From positions 23,498,001-23,562,000 of the forward strand of contig OY740802.1 in assembly GCA_963514005.1 (NCBI GenBank): a stretch of DNA of 64,000 bases, given 5' to 3'. This document shows, one piece after another, positions 12,015 to 25,479 of this stretch. This DNA comes from Raja brachyura. Taxonomy: Eukaryota. The translations under genes were made by a program, and so were the position numbers. Within the stretch, counting starts at the first letter, position 1. The number at the start of each line of letters is the position of its first letter. The notes beneath the pieces are model-generated. The model saw only the letters and a list, made by a program, of their open reading frames with translations, was not told where the DNA came from and searched no databases.

Positions 12015-13613
12015 CAATGGCTTGCAAAAGTATTCATACCCCTTGAACTTTTCCACATTTTGTCATGTTACAAGCACAAACGTAAATGTATTTTATTGGG
12101 ATTTTATGTGATAGACCAACACAAAGTGGTGCATAATTGTGAATTGGAAGGAAAATGATACATGGTTTCCAAATTTCATTACAAATAAAAAACTGAAAAG
12201 TGTGGCGTGCAAAATTATTCAGCCCCCCTGAGTCAATACTTTGTAGAACCACCTTTTGCTGCAATTACAGTTGCAAGTCTTTTGTGGTATGTCTCTCCCA
12301 GCTTGGCACATCTAGAGACTGAAATTTTGCCCATTCTTCTTTGCAAAATAGCTCAAGCTCAGTCAGTTTGGATGGAGAGCGTCTGTGAACAGCAATTGGA
12401 TTTAGATCTGGACTGTGACTGGGCCATTCTAACACATGAATATGCTTTGATCTAAACCATTCCATTGTAGCTCTGGCTATATGTTTAGGGTCGTTGTGCT
12501 GCTGGAAGGTGATCCTCCGCCCCAGTCTCAAGTCCTTTGCAGACTCTAACAGATTTTCTTCCAAGATTACCCTGTATTTGGCTCCATCCATCTTCCCATC
12601 AACTCTGACCAGCTTCCCTGTCCCTGCTGAAGAAAACCATCCCCACAGCACGATGCTGCCACCACCATCTTTCACAGTGGGGATGGTGTGTTCAGGGTGA
12701 TGTGCAGTGTTAGTTTTCCGCCACACATAGCGTTTTGCATTTAGGCCAAAAACTTCAATTTTGGTCTCATCAGACCAGAGCACCTTCTTCCACATGTTTG
12801 CTGTGTCCCCCACATGGCTTGTGGCAAACTGCAAATGGGACTTCTTATGGCTTTGTTTCAACAATGGCTTTCTTCTTGCCACTCTTCCATAAAGGCCCGA
12901 TTTGTGGAGTGCACGACTAATAGTTGTCCTGTGGACAGATTCTCCCACCTGAGCTGTGGATCTCTGCAGCTCCTCCAGAGTTACCATGGGCCTCTTGGAT
13001 GCTTCTCTGATCAATGCTCTCCTTGCCCGGCCTGTCAGTATAGGTGGACGGCCATGTCATGTTAGGTTTGCATTGTGCCATACTCTTTCCATTTTCGGAT
13101 GATGGATTGAACAGTGCTCTCTGAGATGTTCAAAGCTTGGGATATTTTTTTATAACCTAACCCTGCTTTAAACGTCTCCACAACTTTATCCCTGACCTGT
13201 CTGGTGCATTCCTTGGGCTTCATGATGCCCAAGGAACATTGTTTGTTCACTAATGTTCTCTAACAAACCTCTGAGGCCTTCACAGAATAGCTGTATTTAT
13301 ACTGAGATTAGATTACACACAAGTGGACTCTATTTACTAATTAGGTGACTTCTGAAGGCAATTGGTTGCACTGGATTTTATTTAGGGGTATCAGAGTAAA
13401 GGGGGCTGAATACTTTTGCACGCCACACTTTTCAGTTTTTTATTTGTAAAAAAATTTGAAAACCATGTATCATTTTCCTTCCACTTCACACTTATGCACC
13501 ACTTTGTGTTGGTCTATCACATAAAATCCCAATAAAATACATTTATGTTTGTGGTTGTAACGTGACAAAATGTGGAAAAGTTCAAGGGGTATGAATACTT
13601 TTGCAAGCCACTG
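12015..13613 (-). mobile_element. Tc1-family DNA transposon, full length, ~215-bp TIRs
   Basis: TIRs ca[a/g]tggcttgcaaaagtattcatacccc... at ~12015-12227 and ~13401-13613; TA on the right flank; transposase inside. Confidence 0.95.
12233..13223 (-). pseudogene. Tc1 transposase pseudogene (DD34E family)
   Basis: MKPKE..RQVRDKVVE...GLGYKKISQAL (HTH), ARRKPLL, WSDETK, FQQHNDPKH (D>H), SPDLNPI with the catalytic E segment deleted; frameshifts. Confidence 0.92.
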
Positions 13614-16496
13614 TATATGGGATTAACAGTGACTTAGTTGTATAGATTCAGAATTGGCTTCCTCATAGAAGACAGAGGGTTGTGGTTAGATAACAATATT
13701 CACACTGGAGGTTTATGACCTTTGGAAGATCTACAGTTGAAGAATGCTTAATGCATTCATATCATACTTAACTATATTTATCATAATAATGAGCCAAATA
13801 GCACCTCTGTTGTAATTTTTCACTGACACCATAATTGAATGATTCCTAAATAATACTTTATTTAGGATATCCTTCCCCCTTTCCTAGATTTGTTGTTATG
13901 TTATACAGTATTTCCTCAGATGCATGTGCAGATCATGGTGGATCAATCTTCATTGCACTTTTTTGTTTCTCGTACAGAACTAATTCTGCATAGCTTTAAA
14001 GGACTTCCATTTCTGGAAGTTTTATACATGGAGTCAGTAGCATGGTGCACTTTGATATATGTGCAAATGTGCCAAAGGTATTTTTATATGGATTGAATGC
14101 ACTAATTCCACTAGAAGGACATTTCCCTATCTCAGTCAAGCTGTTGGATGTACAATACATGTGCTTTCTATTGGATTTAGAGTGAACATTTACCTCCAAG
14201 TCAGTTTAAGAGCAGAATGTTCCATGAACAAAGATAATAAAATGGCAAAAACACTAAGAGTCACATCTTGAAATATGAAAGGTTCTCAAATCTCAAATCT
14301 TAATACTGAAACACTTTTCATTTATTTAGATTTTATTGAGAGGAAAAGGTTGGGTGCAATTTATTGAATCTTGTTGAGCTCTTCAGACTGGCTTGTCACT
14401 GCCTATGAGTTGTCACTGCTTCTGGGTGGTGAGCTACTATGGGAATAAAATAAAGTGACCACCCACAAGAAAATATGCAGCATCAGAAACCTCTGCAGAG
14501 CCACATCTGATGGAACTGATTACTTTTCATTTATCCAACCAAAAGTAAAACCATTCTCCTTTCCTGGCTACTTTTGTTAGTGTTTTGAAAAATAGGGATG
14601 CAAAATTAAACACCATTTTGAAAAGACCAGCAAAGGGTAAACAGGAAAATATCTCAGCATTGTAAAAAACGATTTAGAGTGTCATTATTCATCATGCAAG
14701 TTAAAGTTCTGTAGTGGGCACACAATAAAACAAAGGTCGGATACATATAAATCAGGGAATGAAAACAGATTTTTATTGCTTAGTTTTAATTTGCATATTT
14801 TCTATGGTGGCAAATTTCCAAGTTTAAACACACATCATTACGTTAGCTAAACCAAACTGATTTTGATTTTATTCCTTTCTATCTCTTATTTGTTTCTGTG
14901 TTTTCTTGGAGGAGAACTTCAATGTAAAAGTACATGAGGAAATAATGGACTTTCCCCGTGATTCGATGCTCTGGTCTAAGGAAAGCATTTACATTCTGAA
15001 CAAGTTGCTTTCAAGTGTCTTTGAATGGAACAGAATGTTGTTTGCAATTGGTCAAATGGAAGATGTCATGGTCTGACTGAAGATGGTGATATTGTTTTTA
15101 ATTTCTTCCATTCATCTTGTTTCCTTCTGAATATTGGGTGATATATGTATTGTTGCCTCGCTTATTCAAATCTTTATTGTGGAAGCACAACAAATGTCAA
15201 GACAAGAATACATTGTGTTAATGGGCTTGTACAGCAGCAACAAGTGAGAATTTCATTGCTCCATTGCCGGAACATTCAACAATTAAACTCTCTTGATTTG
15301 AACACTGAATTCAAGATACTCTTTCAAAAACAAAGTTGTTGTGGCAGAGTGCTCTTGGAAAAATATTTTACTTCTGGAGAAACTGGAGAACTCGTGCAAA
15401 AAAAGGCAAATCATCCCAGATTTTGAGAGTCAGCTCATCCCACAATGTAATTGCAGAGCCAGGCATTTTCACACACTTAATGGGATCAGGTGACATGAAT
15501 ATCAATCAAGAGGTATTTCATAATGGGATATTTGAAGGCCTGGTGCTTGCAGCACAATCGAGCAATTATAAAAAGAATATTAACATCAAAACAAATCATA
15601 GATACAGGTCTACGACAGATTAAAGTAATTTCATCTATATTATGGAAGAGTGCATCATCACCCTATATTTTTTATATTTCCCACAAATAACCTTCTTTTA
15701 TGGATGTGTTAATAAATACCTTTTTACAGATATTGACCCATTTAAGACTACCAGACTATTTGCTGACTGGATAGTTGACAAAAGTAGATGATACACCTCC
15801 TTTTAATATTCAAACTTAAAACATCACTGGTTTTCAGTTTTTTTTATAGTTCACATTCTGGAGGGAATGCGAATGTGAGGTAACATAAACATAGTCTATA
15901 GTAATAGATGAGTGATTGATGGTCAGCAAGTACTGGTGAGCTGAAGTGCTTGTTTCCATGCTATATCTTTCAATTTAAGTCACTCAATCAGTCTGTTCAT
16001 TACACATCACAATGTGAGACAAACTGATCATGTGTTTTAACATGAATGTAGCACCATGGCAGTTTCATGGAATGCTATATTTGAGTGATGTTTCGCAAGC
16101 TCTCGATGATCTACTTTTACTTAGTATTATTATATTCAAGAACAATATGGATACGATTGTTAAGGTGATGTCAGCATTTTCTATTAATATTCATCTCGAG
16201 GAAATAGATATATCAAACAACAGGGAGAATTGCAGAAAACTATTAGTCTTCGGAGATGGTCCCGATGTGCCAAATATATCAATTAATGAGAAAAGCGAAG
16301 CAAATTTGGGAGTAAGTGTAGGGAAAGAAATAAAGAATATGTTGTAACGTCTGAAATGGAATAGAAATACCGAGGTGGCTTTCTGTGCAAATCTGTTAGT
16401 CATTAAAGAGTTCAAGCAGACATTAAAAAGTGAGCTAGACTCCCCCCCCCCCCGACTTGATTGAAAATAAAACAATGAGGTCAATGAGGGAAAATA

Positions 16497-16812
16497 GGGC
16501 GGCACAATAGAGTTGGGCATCTGTTGAGTTTCAGCCTTACAGCACCAGAGACCCAGGTTCGATCCTGACTATGGGTGCTGTCTGCAAGGAGTTTGTATGT
16601 TCTCCCTGTGACAGCATGGGTTTCTCTGGGTGCTCCAGTTATCTCCCACATTCTTTAGATGTGCAGGATTGCATGTTAATTGGCTTCTGTAAAATTGTCC
16701 CTAATGTGCAGGATAGAACTACTACGTACAGGTGATCTTTGGTCGGCACGGACGACGTGGGCTGAAGGGCCTGTTTTCACGCTGTATCTCCAAAACTAAA
16801 ACTTAAACTAAA
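16497..16812 (+). mobile_element. HE1/V-type SINE
   Basis: B box ggttcgatcc, V-domain, CR1-like tail gggctgaagggcctg, (aaact)n end. Confidence 0.85.
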
Positions 16813-17336
16813 ATTGCATCATCACTCACTCTGTTCCCCAGTTTAAAATCCTAGTGCTTTCAATAATAAATCTCCCACATCAAAAGCGGATAAAGTCTCA
16901 CAGGCACAGTGAGTTATTGCTTTTCTTTTGTGAGTCCGAAGGATCCATGGCACAGGGGAGCTGCAGATGTGTGTGAGTTGTTATGACAATCTTTCAAATG
17001 AGTAGAAGAATGTCTGGATGTTGAAGACACGAATGAGTTATTCTGTCTGTTTTATGGGTGCACAATTATTTTTCTCTCTGGGATGCGACATTGTACTGGC
17101 AAGCTTTCCGCACTTGAAAATGAATCAACCTGTACTGCATTCTCCACATCTAGGAGAAGCCAATTTCAGTGAGGTGACCATGTGTAGAAATGCTCAGGTA
17201 TGTATGTTGTAGTCGTACTATGAGGAAAACTGGAAAATTAGTTTCAAGGCATAAATGGAAACAATAATTTATTTTAAACTAGAACTGGAAATTAACTTTT
17301 GTGTGTATATGTGAGTATGTGTGCACACACACTGAA

Positions 17337-18389
17337 TAGCAATGTTACAACATTTTGAGATTTTAAAAATCAAGTCTGTAATTTATCCCATCAGATAAAG
17401 CACAAAAAAAAGTTTAATTTGACACCTAATTCACTTTCATATTTTCAGTATTAATAAAGCTATGTAATTTCATACTCGGAAATTAGCATCTTGTTCCCTA
17501 TTGCTTTTCCATTGACTTAACACAAAAGTTGTGATCGAGGACAGTCAAATGCCCATAACTTTCTTAAAAAGTAAGAGAACTGAAAGAAATTTTCAGTTAT
17601 TGTAGATTGAAGCATTCTGAAACAAATATAAAACAATCTTATATGGATGACCTGAAATTAAAGCATTAATTTAGCTACAATTGGGTTAGTTACCCAATTG
17701 TAGCTAATTACAAAATTCAATTACTAGATCTAAACATCTATGCATTTCTTAAGAAAATAATAACATTTTTTAAAAAGCCGAGGTGTCCAAATAACATTCA
17801 CACAATAATTCACGATATAACATGATTTTAAAACCTCATTGTTATGAATTTATAGGCCAAATTGAAGGAATTTAGTGTTTAATGCCCGTAAATTAATGGC
17901 CATTTAAATCAGCTTGTGAGTGGGATTTTATGGAACACGATGGATTGGAACGTTGTGGTTGCAGTGAATTTAAACCCCATATCGGCAGGAAAAATACTGC
18001 CGGTTTGTATGGGGAATAAATCACCGCTTCGCAACATGAAATGTTGAAGAAGGTCATCTAAACAAGCAAGTTTATATGAAAAAATAAACAGCTTTCATTT
18101 ACCTGTCCCCTACGTAAATTCCGTCCCCATTGTGGACGTTCACAGCATTAGAAGCTAATTTTTATTTTACTCCAGCGCTGAAATAGTCGGCCGATTTTAA
18201 AAAAAATGTCACTTACTGGTAGTCGGACTGAATCTCCTGAAAAAGCTCGCACTCCAAGAAAATATAATTCCGGAAGGCATTGGAAAACCACATTTTAACC
18301 CCGCACCCCCCCTCAAGGGCGCCAAAGTCGCGCACACAGCCAGTGACAGAACTGCAGCGCCGCTGAAGGTAAGTTTTGTAACATACCTG
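17337..18389. mobile_element. Non-autonomous TIR DNA transposon (1053 bp) inserted in a Rex-type 3'UTR
   Basis: Imperfect TIRs tagcaatgttacaaca / ttttgtaacatacctg; flanking direct repeat cactgaa (17330-17336, 18390-18396); no ORF. Confidence 0.8.
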
Positions 18390-19029
18390 CACTGAACTGT
18401 TTTTTTCTCGTTTATTATATTGTTTACTGTGTACTATGTTTACATATTCTGTTGTGCTGCAGGTAAGAATTTCATTATTCTATCTGGGACATATGACAAT
18501 AAAACACTCCTCACTCTTGAATAACATGGCAGGCAATAGAGCATAATCCCAAACATCTTAATTTTGCAATTTAAGAGTGCGAACAATATGGAAAAAAAAC
18601 TTTCAAAAGCATTAAAGCTACTGTGGTACAGCATTCATGACAATGACAGAGAATGGCTTCAAAACGATGAAAGGGAAGTTTTCTGGTGATGGAGAGGCAG
18701 AGGCTGGGTTTATTCATAAATTGTTGGAGGAGTTCTCAATCGTATAAGGTGAACAGACATCAATTAATGGAGGTAATCATTCAAAAAGACAAATGGAGCT
18801 AAATATAGCCATTCAAGATCACTGCCTAGAAACTTGGTGAGGTAGCAGTGCCTTTAGGAGTAGACACGGGAACTGCAGATGCTGGTTTACAAAAAAGAGC
18901 ACAACCTGCTGGAGTAACTCAGTGGGTCAGGTGGCATCTTGGGAAGACATGCACAGTTGACATTTTGGGTTGGATCCCGTCTTCAGATTGATAGTGGTGG
19001 ATGGAGATGAGAAACCACATCAATTTGAT

Positions 19030-20230
19030 GTGTGAGGGTTTGCACATCAATGCTGTTAAGAGTCTTGCCATTTAATGTACACTCTGCCCTTCCATTCAAC
19101 CTCCCAAAATGCAATACCTCACACTTGGATTAAACTCCATCTGCCATTTCTCTGCCCATTTCTGTACCCGATCTATATCTTGCTGTATCTTCAGACTGCA
19201 TTCCTCACTGTCTGCAACTCCTCCAATTTTGCTGTTGTTAGCAAACTTACTCATCAATCTATCCGTTTTGTCCAAGTCATTTATATATATCGCAAACCTC
19301 CAGCCAAAATATTGTTCTTCCACAACAACCCTCTGACGAATCCATATGACCAAGTCACCGTGAATCCCATGCCTCTTAATCTTTTGGTTCATGCTATTAT
19401 GAGGGACCTAATCAGAAACCTTACTGAAATCTATGTATACAACATTCACTACCCTACCTTCAACAATTTCCTTCATCACCTCCTCAAAACACTCAAGAAA
19501 GTTAGGAAGGCACGGCCTACCGCGTTCAGAGCCATGCTGGATATCCCTAATTAGCCCATTCTCTTCCAAATGGGGGTAACTTGATGAATCTTGATGAATT
19601 CTCTCCAATAGGTTCCCGACCACTGACGTGAGGCTCACCGGCCTATAGTTCCCTGGATTCTCTCTACTTCCTTTCTTTAACAAAGGAACAACCAGTCCTC
19701 TGAGACCTTGCTTGTGGATTTAGGAGAAACAAAGATCCTCATTAAGGTATCTTCTCTCTTGCCTCCCTCAATAACCTGGGACAGATCTCATCAGGCCATG
19801 GATACATACACCTTGATGCTCTCAACAACCTCAGCACCACCTCCTTTTCGATCTTAAACTGCCCTCGCATACTTGAATTCACCCCTGTACTTGCTGTCCC
19901 CCAAGTTGTTCTCCTCAGTGAATACAGATGTAAAGTACTTGCTTGGTACCTCACCTACATCAACAAACTTCAAGCAAAGATTCTCTCCTATATCCCTGAA
20001 CTGTCCTACCTTCTCCCTGGTCACCCTCTTGCTTTCAGCATGCATACAAAAAGCCTTGGGATTTTCCTTAATCCGGTTCCAATGACATTTCCATAGCCCC
20101 TTTTAGCCTTTCTAATCACCTGATTGAGTTCTTTCCCACTAGCTTGATATTTCTCATATGCCCCATCTGATGCCACCATCTTAAACCAGGATAACTTCTT
20201 CTTTCTTCTTGACCAACATTACAACTTCCT
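19030..20230 (-). mobile_element. CR1 LINE RT-region fragment
   Basis: KKGSRENPGNYRPVSLTSVVG...QHG..GRPCL.NFLECFE...VVYIDFSK; SKFANNSKIGG...WQMEFN. Confidence 0.9.
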
Positions 20231-20236
20231 TGGACA

Positions 20237-20532
20237 GGGTGGCATGGTGGCAAAGCGGTAGACCTACTGCCGTACAACACCAAAGACCTGGATTCGATCC
20301 TGACTACAGGCGCTTGTCTGTACGGAGTTTAGACATTTTCCCCGTGACTCGCGTGGGTTTTCTCCGAGATCTTCAGTTTCCTCCCACACTCCAAAGACTT
20401 ACAGAATTAGCTTAGTATAAATAGAAAATCGTCCCTAATGTGCTAATGTCCCCAAGGTGTTAATATGCGGGGATCGTTGGTCGGTCTGGGTTCGGTGGGC
20501 TGAAAGGCCTGTTTCAGCGCTGCATCTGTAAA
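20237..20532 (+). mobile_element. HE1/V-type SINE
   Basis: tRNA-like head (gattcgatcc), V-domain, CR1-like tail. Confidence 0.8.
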
Positions 20533-20786
20533 CAGCATTTGGGGTTTTATTAAAGTTCAGCAAAATCAGTTATTTTAAGTTACTGAAAAAATGCCTAGTT
20601 TCATTTAACAGCTTCAACTTCCTGCTTATTTTAAATAAGCCTTTCTGCAGACAATAGAATTTCATAAAATCGTATTTTAACCTACAATATTCAAACAGCA
20701 ACATTTATAATTGGAATTCAATTAACACCGATTCAAGGTGTATATATTTCAACTCATATGATAATCTATTTCTAAAGTACAGGTTA

Positions 20787-21052
20787 GGGGCGGCATGGTG
20801 GCGCAGCAGTTGAGTTGCTGCATACAGTGGTCCAGGTTCGATTCTGACTATGTGTGCTGTCTGTATGGAGTTTGTACATTCTCCCTATGATCACGTCAGT
20901 TTTTTACGGGAACTCCGGTTTCCTCCCACATACCAAAGACTGGTTTGTAGATTAATTGGCTTCAGTAAAAATGGTAAATTGTCACTGGTCTGTAGGATGC
21001 GGACTCGGTGGGCTGAAAAGCCTGTTTCCACACAGTATCTCAAACTGAAACT
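20787..21052 (+). mobile_element. HE1/V-type SINE
   Basis: tggcgcagcag A box, ggttcgattc B box, V-domain. Confidence 0.8.
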
Positions 21053-21684
21053 AAAAAAGTAATTTATATCTAGTATACCTAATGTTATTAGAAAATGATT
21101 TTTTAACAACATAATCATATTTTCTAGCTGTAAACCTGAACTTGGCAAAAAAGTTATGTAAAACATCCAATCCAAACAAGGTATCTTGCATTATTTATTA
21201 TTTTCGTGTATAATCAATAATAATCACCATGCTTTGGTTCATATTCAGTGCCCACCTGAATCTGTTTTCATTTTGAGAGTTGCATTGCAAAAGAAAAGCA
21301 ATTTCACAATCTCAGGGCATGTAAGTTATATCAAATACTTTCTCTTTTAAGTGTTAAAAGAGAAAGTGCCTCAAATTTATCCTGAGTTATCCACCCCTCC
21401 TGCTCTGTTGTATGCAGCTGTTCAAACGCATCATGCATTCACTGGCTTGAATTAATTTAAAGTTATTGTAGTTCATTAAGAATAAAACATTCCACGCATT
21501 TTCTGACCCAGTAAATTGATTTCCCATAACGTACTGTATCCTTAAACATTTTCTAATTGAAGACTTAGGTATTTTAAGTAGACATTAAGTGGGTGGGCGG
21601 GGGGGAGGATGGGGGCGGTGGGGCGGTGGTGAGTAGCTTCCAGGAAGGGGATGACAAATTAGGTTCACACCTGATCCCACCATC

Positions 21685-23250
21685 CCATTATATTATACAA
21701 TGAGAAGCATAGATAGGGTAGACAGGTGGAACCTTTTTCCCTCTGGGTTGATATGTCCAACACTAGAGGGCACTAGAGGGCACAGCTACAAGGGCAGGTT
21801 TTGTACACCGAGTGTGGTGGGGACTGGAATGCATTGCCTGGGGTGGTGGGAGAGGCAGATAACATAGTGATGTTAAAGATGCTTTTAGATAGGGACATGG
21901 AAGTGCTGGGAATAGAGGTACATGGATCATGTTCAGACATATGAGATCAGTTTAACTAGGCATCATGTTTGGCACGAACATTGTGGGCCGAAGGACACAT
22001 GCCTGTGCTCTACTATTCTACGTTCTATATGACAATAAAGTACCATTCAACCAAAAATGTTATTGGAACTGAAGGGCTTAATTTCTGAGGTGTGATTGGA
22101 GAAATTTGACTGTTTTCCCTGGAGCAAAGGAGGCAGAGGGACCTTACAGAGATTTATAAAATGATGAATGGCATAGATAAGATAAATAGTTACAGTTTTT
22201 TTCCCAGGGTAGTGGTCTGAATTAGTTGGTACAGATTTGAGGCAAGAGGGATAAGATTTATAGGGGACCAGAAGGATTCACCTCACAGAAGGTGGTGTGT
22301 ATATGAGGAGACAGAGGTAGTGATAGAGTTGAGTACAATTACATTGTTTAAAAAATATTGGCACAGGTACATGGCTTTAGATTTTAGAGATACGGCGTGG
22401 AAACAGGACCTTTGGCCCACTGACGCCGTACAAATCTGTGATTACCCCGTACACTAACACCGTCCTCTACACTAGGGGTAAATTACAATATTTACCGAAG
22501 CGAATTAACCTACAAACGTACATCCTTGGAGTGTGGGAGCACCCAGAGAAGACCCATGCAGTCATAGGGACAATGTACAAACTCCGTACCGACAGCTAGT
22601 AGTCAGGACCTAACCCGAGTCTCTGGCGCTGTAAGGTCGAATCTCTACCGCTAAGCCACTGTGCCGCCAGCTCAGAAGAGAGATATGGGCCCAATAATGC
22701 AAATTAGACTAGCTCAGGTAGGCAACTTGGCTGAAATGGGCTGAACGACCTGTTACTGCACTACATTACAATATGACCCTTAAGGACAATGAGGGGAAAT
22801 TACACATGGACGCAGAGGAAATGGGCAATAATCGTAATTCACCAACAAGAAAGTTATGGATGATGGCGAGATCAAGGGCAGGTCGATATTAAGAAGAAGG
22901 TGGTGTTGGGTGTCTTGAAAAAATAATAGGATGGGTTAGTCCCCGGCACCTGATGGAGGTTATCCTTGGATACTGAGAGAGACAAGGGAGGATATTGCTG
23001 ATTCCTTGAGAGAGATCCTTGTGTCCTCTTTTTGCCACAGGCAAAGTTCCAGAACAGTAGTCAAATTTAGTCAAAGAAATGCAACACGGATAATCCAGGA
23101 AATTATAGGATGGTGAGCCGATACGAGAAGCAGATATGATAGCCACGATAAAGGGGCATTTCAACAGACAATGGACCGACACTAGGTGGAGGGATGTAGA
23201 CCATGTGCAGGCAGATGGGTTAAGTTAGACTGGCATCGATGTCAGCACTA
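21685..23250 (+). mobile_element. Cluster of degraded CR1 fragments (with a SINE inserted at 22378-22668)
   Basis: CR1 C-terminal and 3'UTR motifs, plus PG.DG.YP.IL.E-type pre-RT sequence. Confidence 0.65.
22378..22668 (-). mobile_element. HE1/V-type SINE
   Basis: Reverse complement of the SINE family above. Confidence 0.8.
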
Positions 23251-24097
23251 TTAATTACTGCAGAACAGGCTCTTATTATTTAAAATAAAAATATTTTAAA
23301 ATTGAAACTCAGAGCTTGGCTTAAAACCAGGTCACTGTGCTCCACTGTTTAGAAAGTTGCCAAATTGACATGAAAGTCACCTTATCAGGAAAATTATCCC
23401 TTTACACTATAATACAATATGTCACATGAACCGAGACACAACAGCACACCCCAGAGTCTTTGAGAAAGGACAGGATGGACCCAGATCCTGTAAGATCAAA
23501 GGGAATACATGGACACATTCCAATTTTCAAACTTTGTAATAACAACAAACATTTTCCAACATTCCACTGCCATTTGATATTTTCCTTTAATCTAACAGCA
23601 AAATAAAATAACTGGTATATCAATCACACATTTCAGGAATGTTGTTGTTCGGATGTCATGTGAAGGAGTACCAACTTATGTGAGTTTAACCAGTGGTGAC
23701 CTAATATCTGTCAATATGTTACCAGTTTTCCTCACCTGCTCTGCATATAGTGTGTTTGTAATTCTACACTGGTGCCTTCGCCAAAGTGATAAAGTACTTT
23801 GCATTGACCTCAAGCAATCATGCAAAGATGCCATTCTGTTTTATATTTTTATTTAATGTAAAACACTAATCCATTTTCTTTAAGTCTTGCTTTATATCTG
23901 GTTGGGAAAATAAAATATTGCAGATGCTGGAAATCTGAAAAGACACGATAAATGGTGGAAAAATATGGAAATTATATATGAAAATTATATATGGAAGTAG
24001 AACGTCAAATCTTTCAGTCTTCTCCAGCAACTTTGGGTAGATACTCTATAATCCATATTTTTTGTAACTTAATCCCATCATTCCCAGCCACCAGTTT

Positions 24098-24392
24098 ATA
24101 GATACAGTATGGAAACAGGCCCATCCACTCATTAAGTCCATGTTCACACTAATTTTGTTATCCCACTTTCTCATCAACTCCTTACATACTCTGGGCAATT
24201 TATAAAGGCCAATTAACCTATAAACCTTCATGTCTTTGGGATGTGCGAGGAAACGGGAACATCTGGAGAAAGCCCACGCTGTCATGGGGGGAACATGTGA
24301 CTCCACACAAACAGCACCCGAGGTCAAGATCGAACCTGGTCTCTGAAGCTGTGAGGCAGCAGCTCTACCATCTGCACCACTGTGCCACTGTC
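24098..24392 (-). mobile_element. HE1/V-type SINE
   Basis: Reverse-complement B box gatcgaacc and V-domain. Confidence 0.8.
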
Positions 24393-24409
24393 GCTATGCA
24401 GTTGTCATG

Positions 24410-25180
24410 TTGTTTAAAGTCTTTCCCCTCTCACCTTAAACCTATGTTGTCTGCTTCCCGATTCCTCTACCATGGGTAAAATACTCTGTGCATTTACCTT
24501 ATCAATCCCCCTCATGACATCTCTAAGATCAACCCTCAGCCTCCTGCGCTCCAAGGAACAAATTCCAAGCAAGCCCAATTTCTCCCCATAATTGAGGCCC
24601 TCGAGCCCTGACAACATTGTCGTACATCTCCTTTGCACTCTTTCTAGCTTAACAACATCTTTCCTATAACAGGATGACCAAAACTGAGCACAATACTCCA
24701 AATACCGCCTCACCAATGGCTTGTACAACAGTGACATAATGTCCCAACTTCTATACTCAATACCGGCTGAACAATGCCAATGGACAAAAGCCTTCCTTAC
24801 TACTCTATCTATTCACTGTGAAGGTCCTGCCCTGGTTTGACTTTCCAAAATGCAAAGTCATTTATCTGCATTAGATTCCATCATCCATTCCTCAGACCAC
24901 TTGCCCAGCTGATCAAGATCCTGCTGTTCACTTTGATAATCATCTTTACTGTCTACATTACCACTTACTTTAGGGACATCTGAAAGCTTACTAATCATGC
25001 TTAATCATCCAAATCGCTGATATGAACCACAAACAGCTATGGGCCCATCACTGCCCCCTGAGGCACATTACCAATCACAGTCTTCCATTACGAAAAACAA
25101 CCCTCCACCATCACCCTCTACCTCCTTCAACAAAGCTGATTCTGTATCCAGTCAATTAGCTCTCCCTGGATCCAATGTGA
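24410..25180 (-). mobile_element. CR1 LINE 3' fragment
   Basis: LYKPLVRRYLEYCAQFWS..YRKDVVKLERVQRR...LERRRLR. Confidence 0.85.
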
Positions 25181-25479
25181 TTTTATCGTATCTATGCCCG
25201 TTTAAATATTCTTCATGCCCGTCACTTTTGCATCACGCATATATTGTGATTCCAAGATACATTGCAACAGTGCTCCAAGGCTGCTTTGAAAATGCCTTCC
25301 AAACCATTGGTTTCTAACATGAGGGCAGCAATAGAATAAAGCAGAAAGTTCTGGAAATACTCAAGAGATTGAGCAGCATCTGTGGAAAGAGAATCAACTT
25401 TAATGTTTCAGGATAAAATAGAATCACTTTGGCAAACCTAACCTCACCCTGTCAGGGATTTAATTAATGAATTATTAAG

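Noticed and set aside
16200-16320. Possible + strand exon ending at gtaagt
   Set aside because: Weak acceptor and no recognisable peptide.
16497-16575. tRNA genes at SINE heads
   Set aside because: A/B boxes run into the V-domain and CR1-like tail; no complete cloverleaf.
21589-21632. G-quadruplex-forming G-run cluster
   Set aside because: The motif is present, but such tracts are common and nothing links it to a function here.
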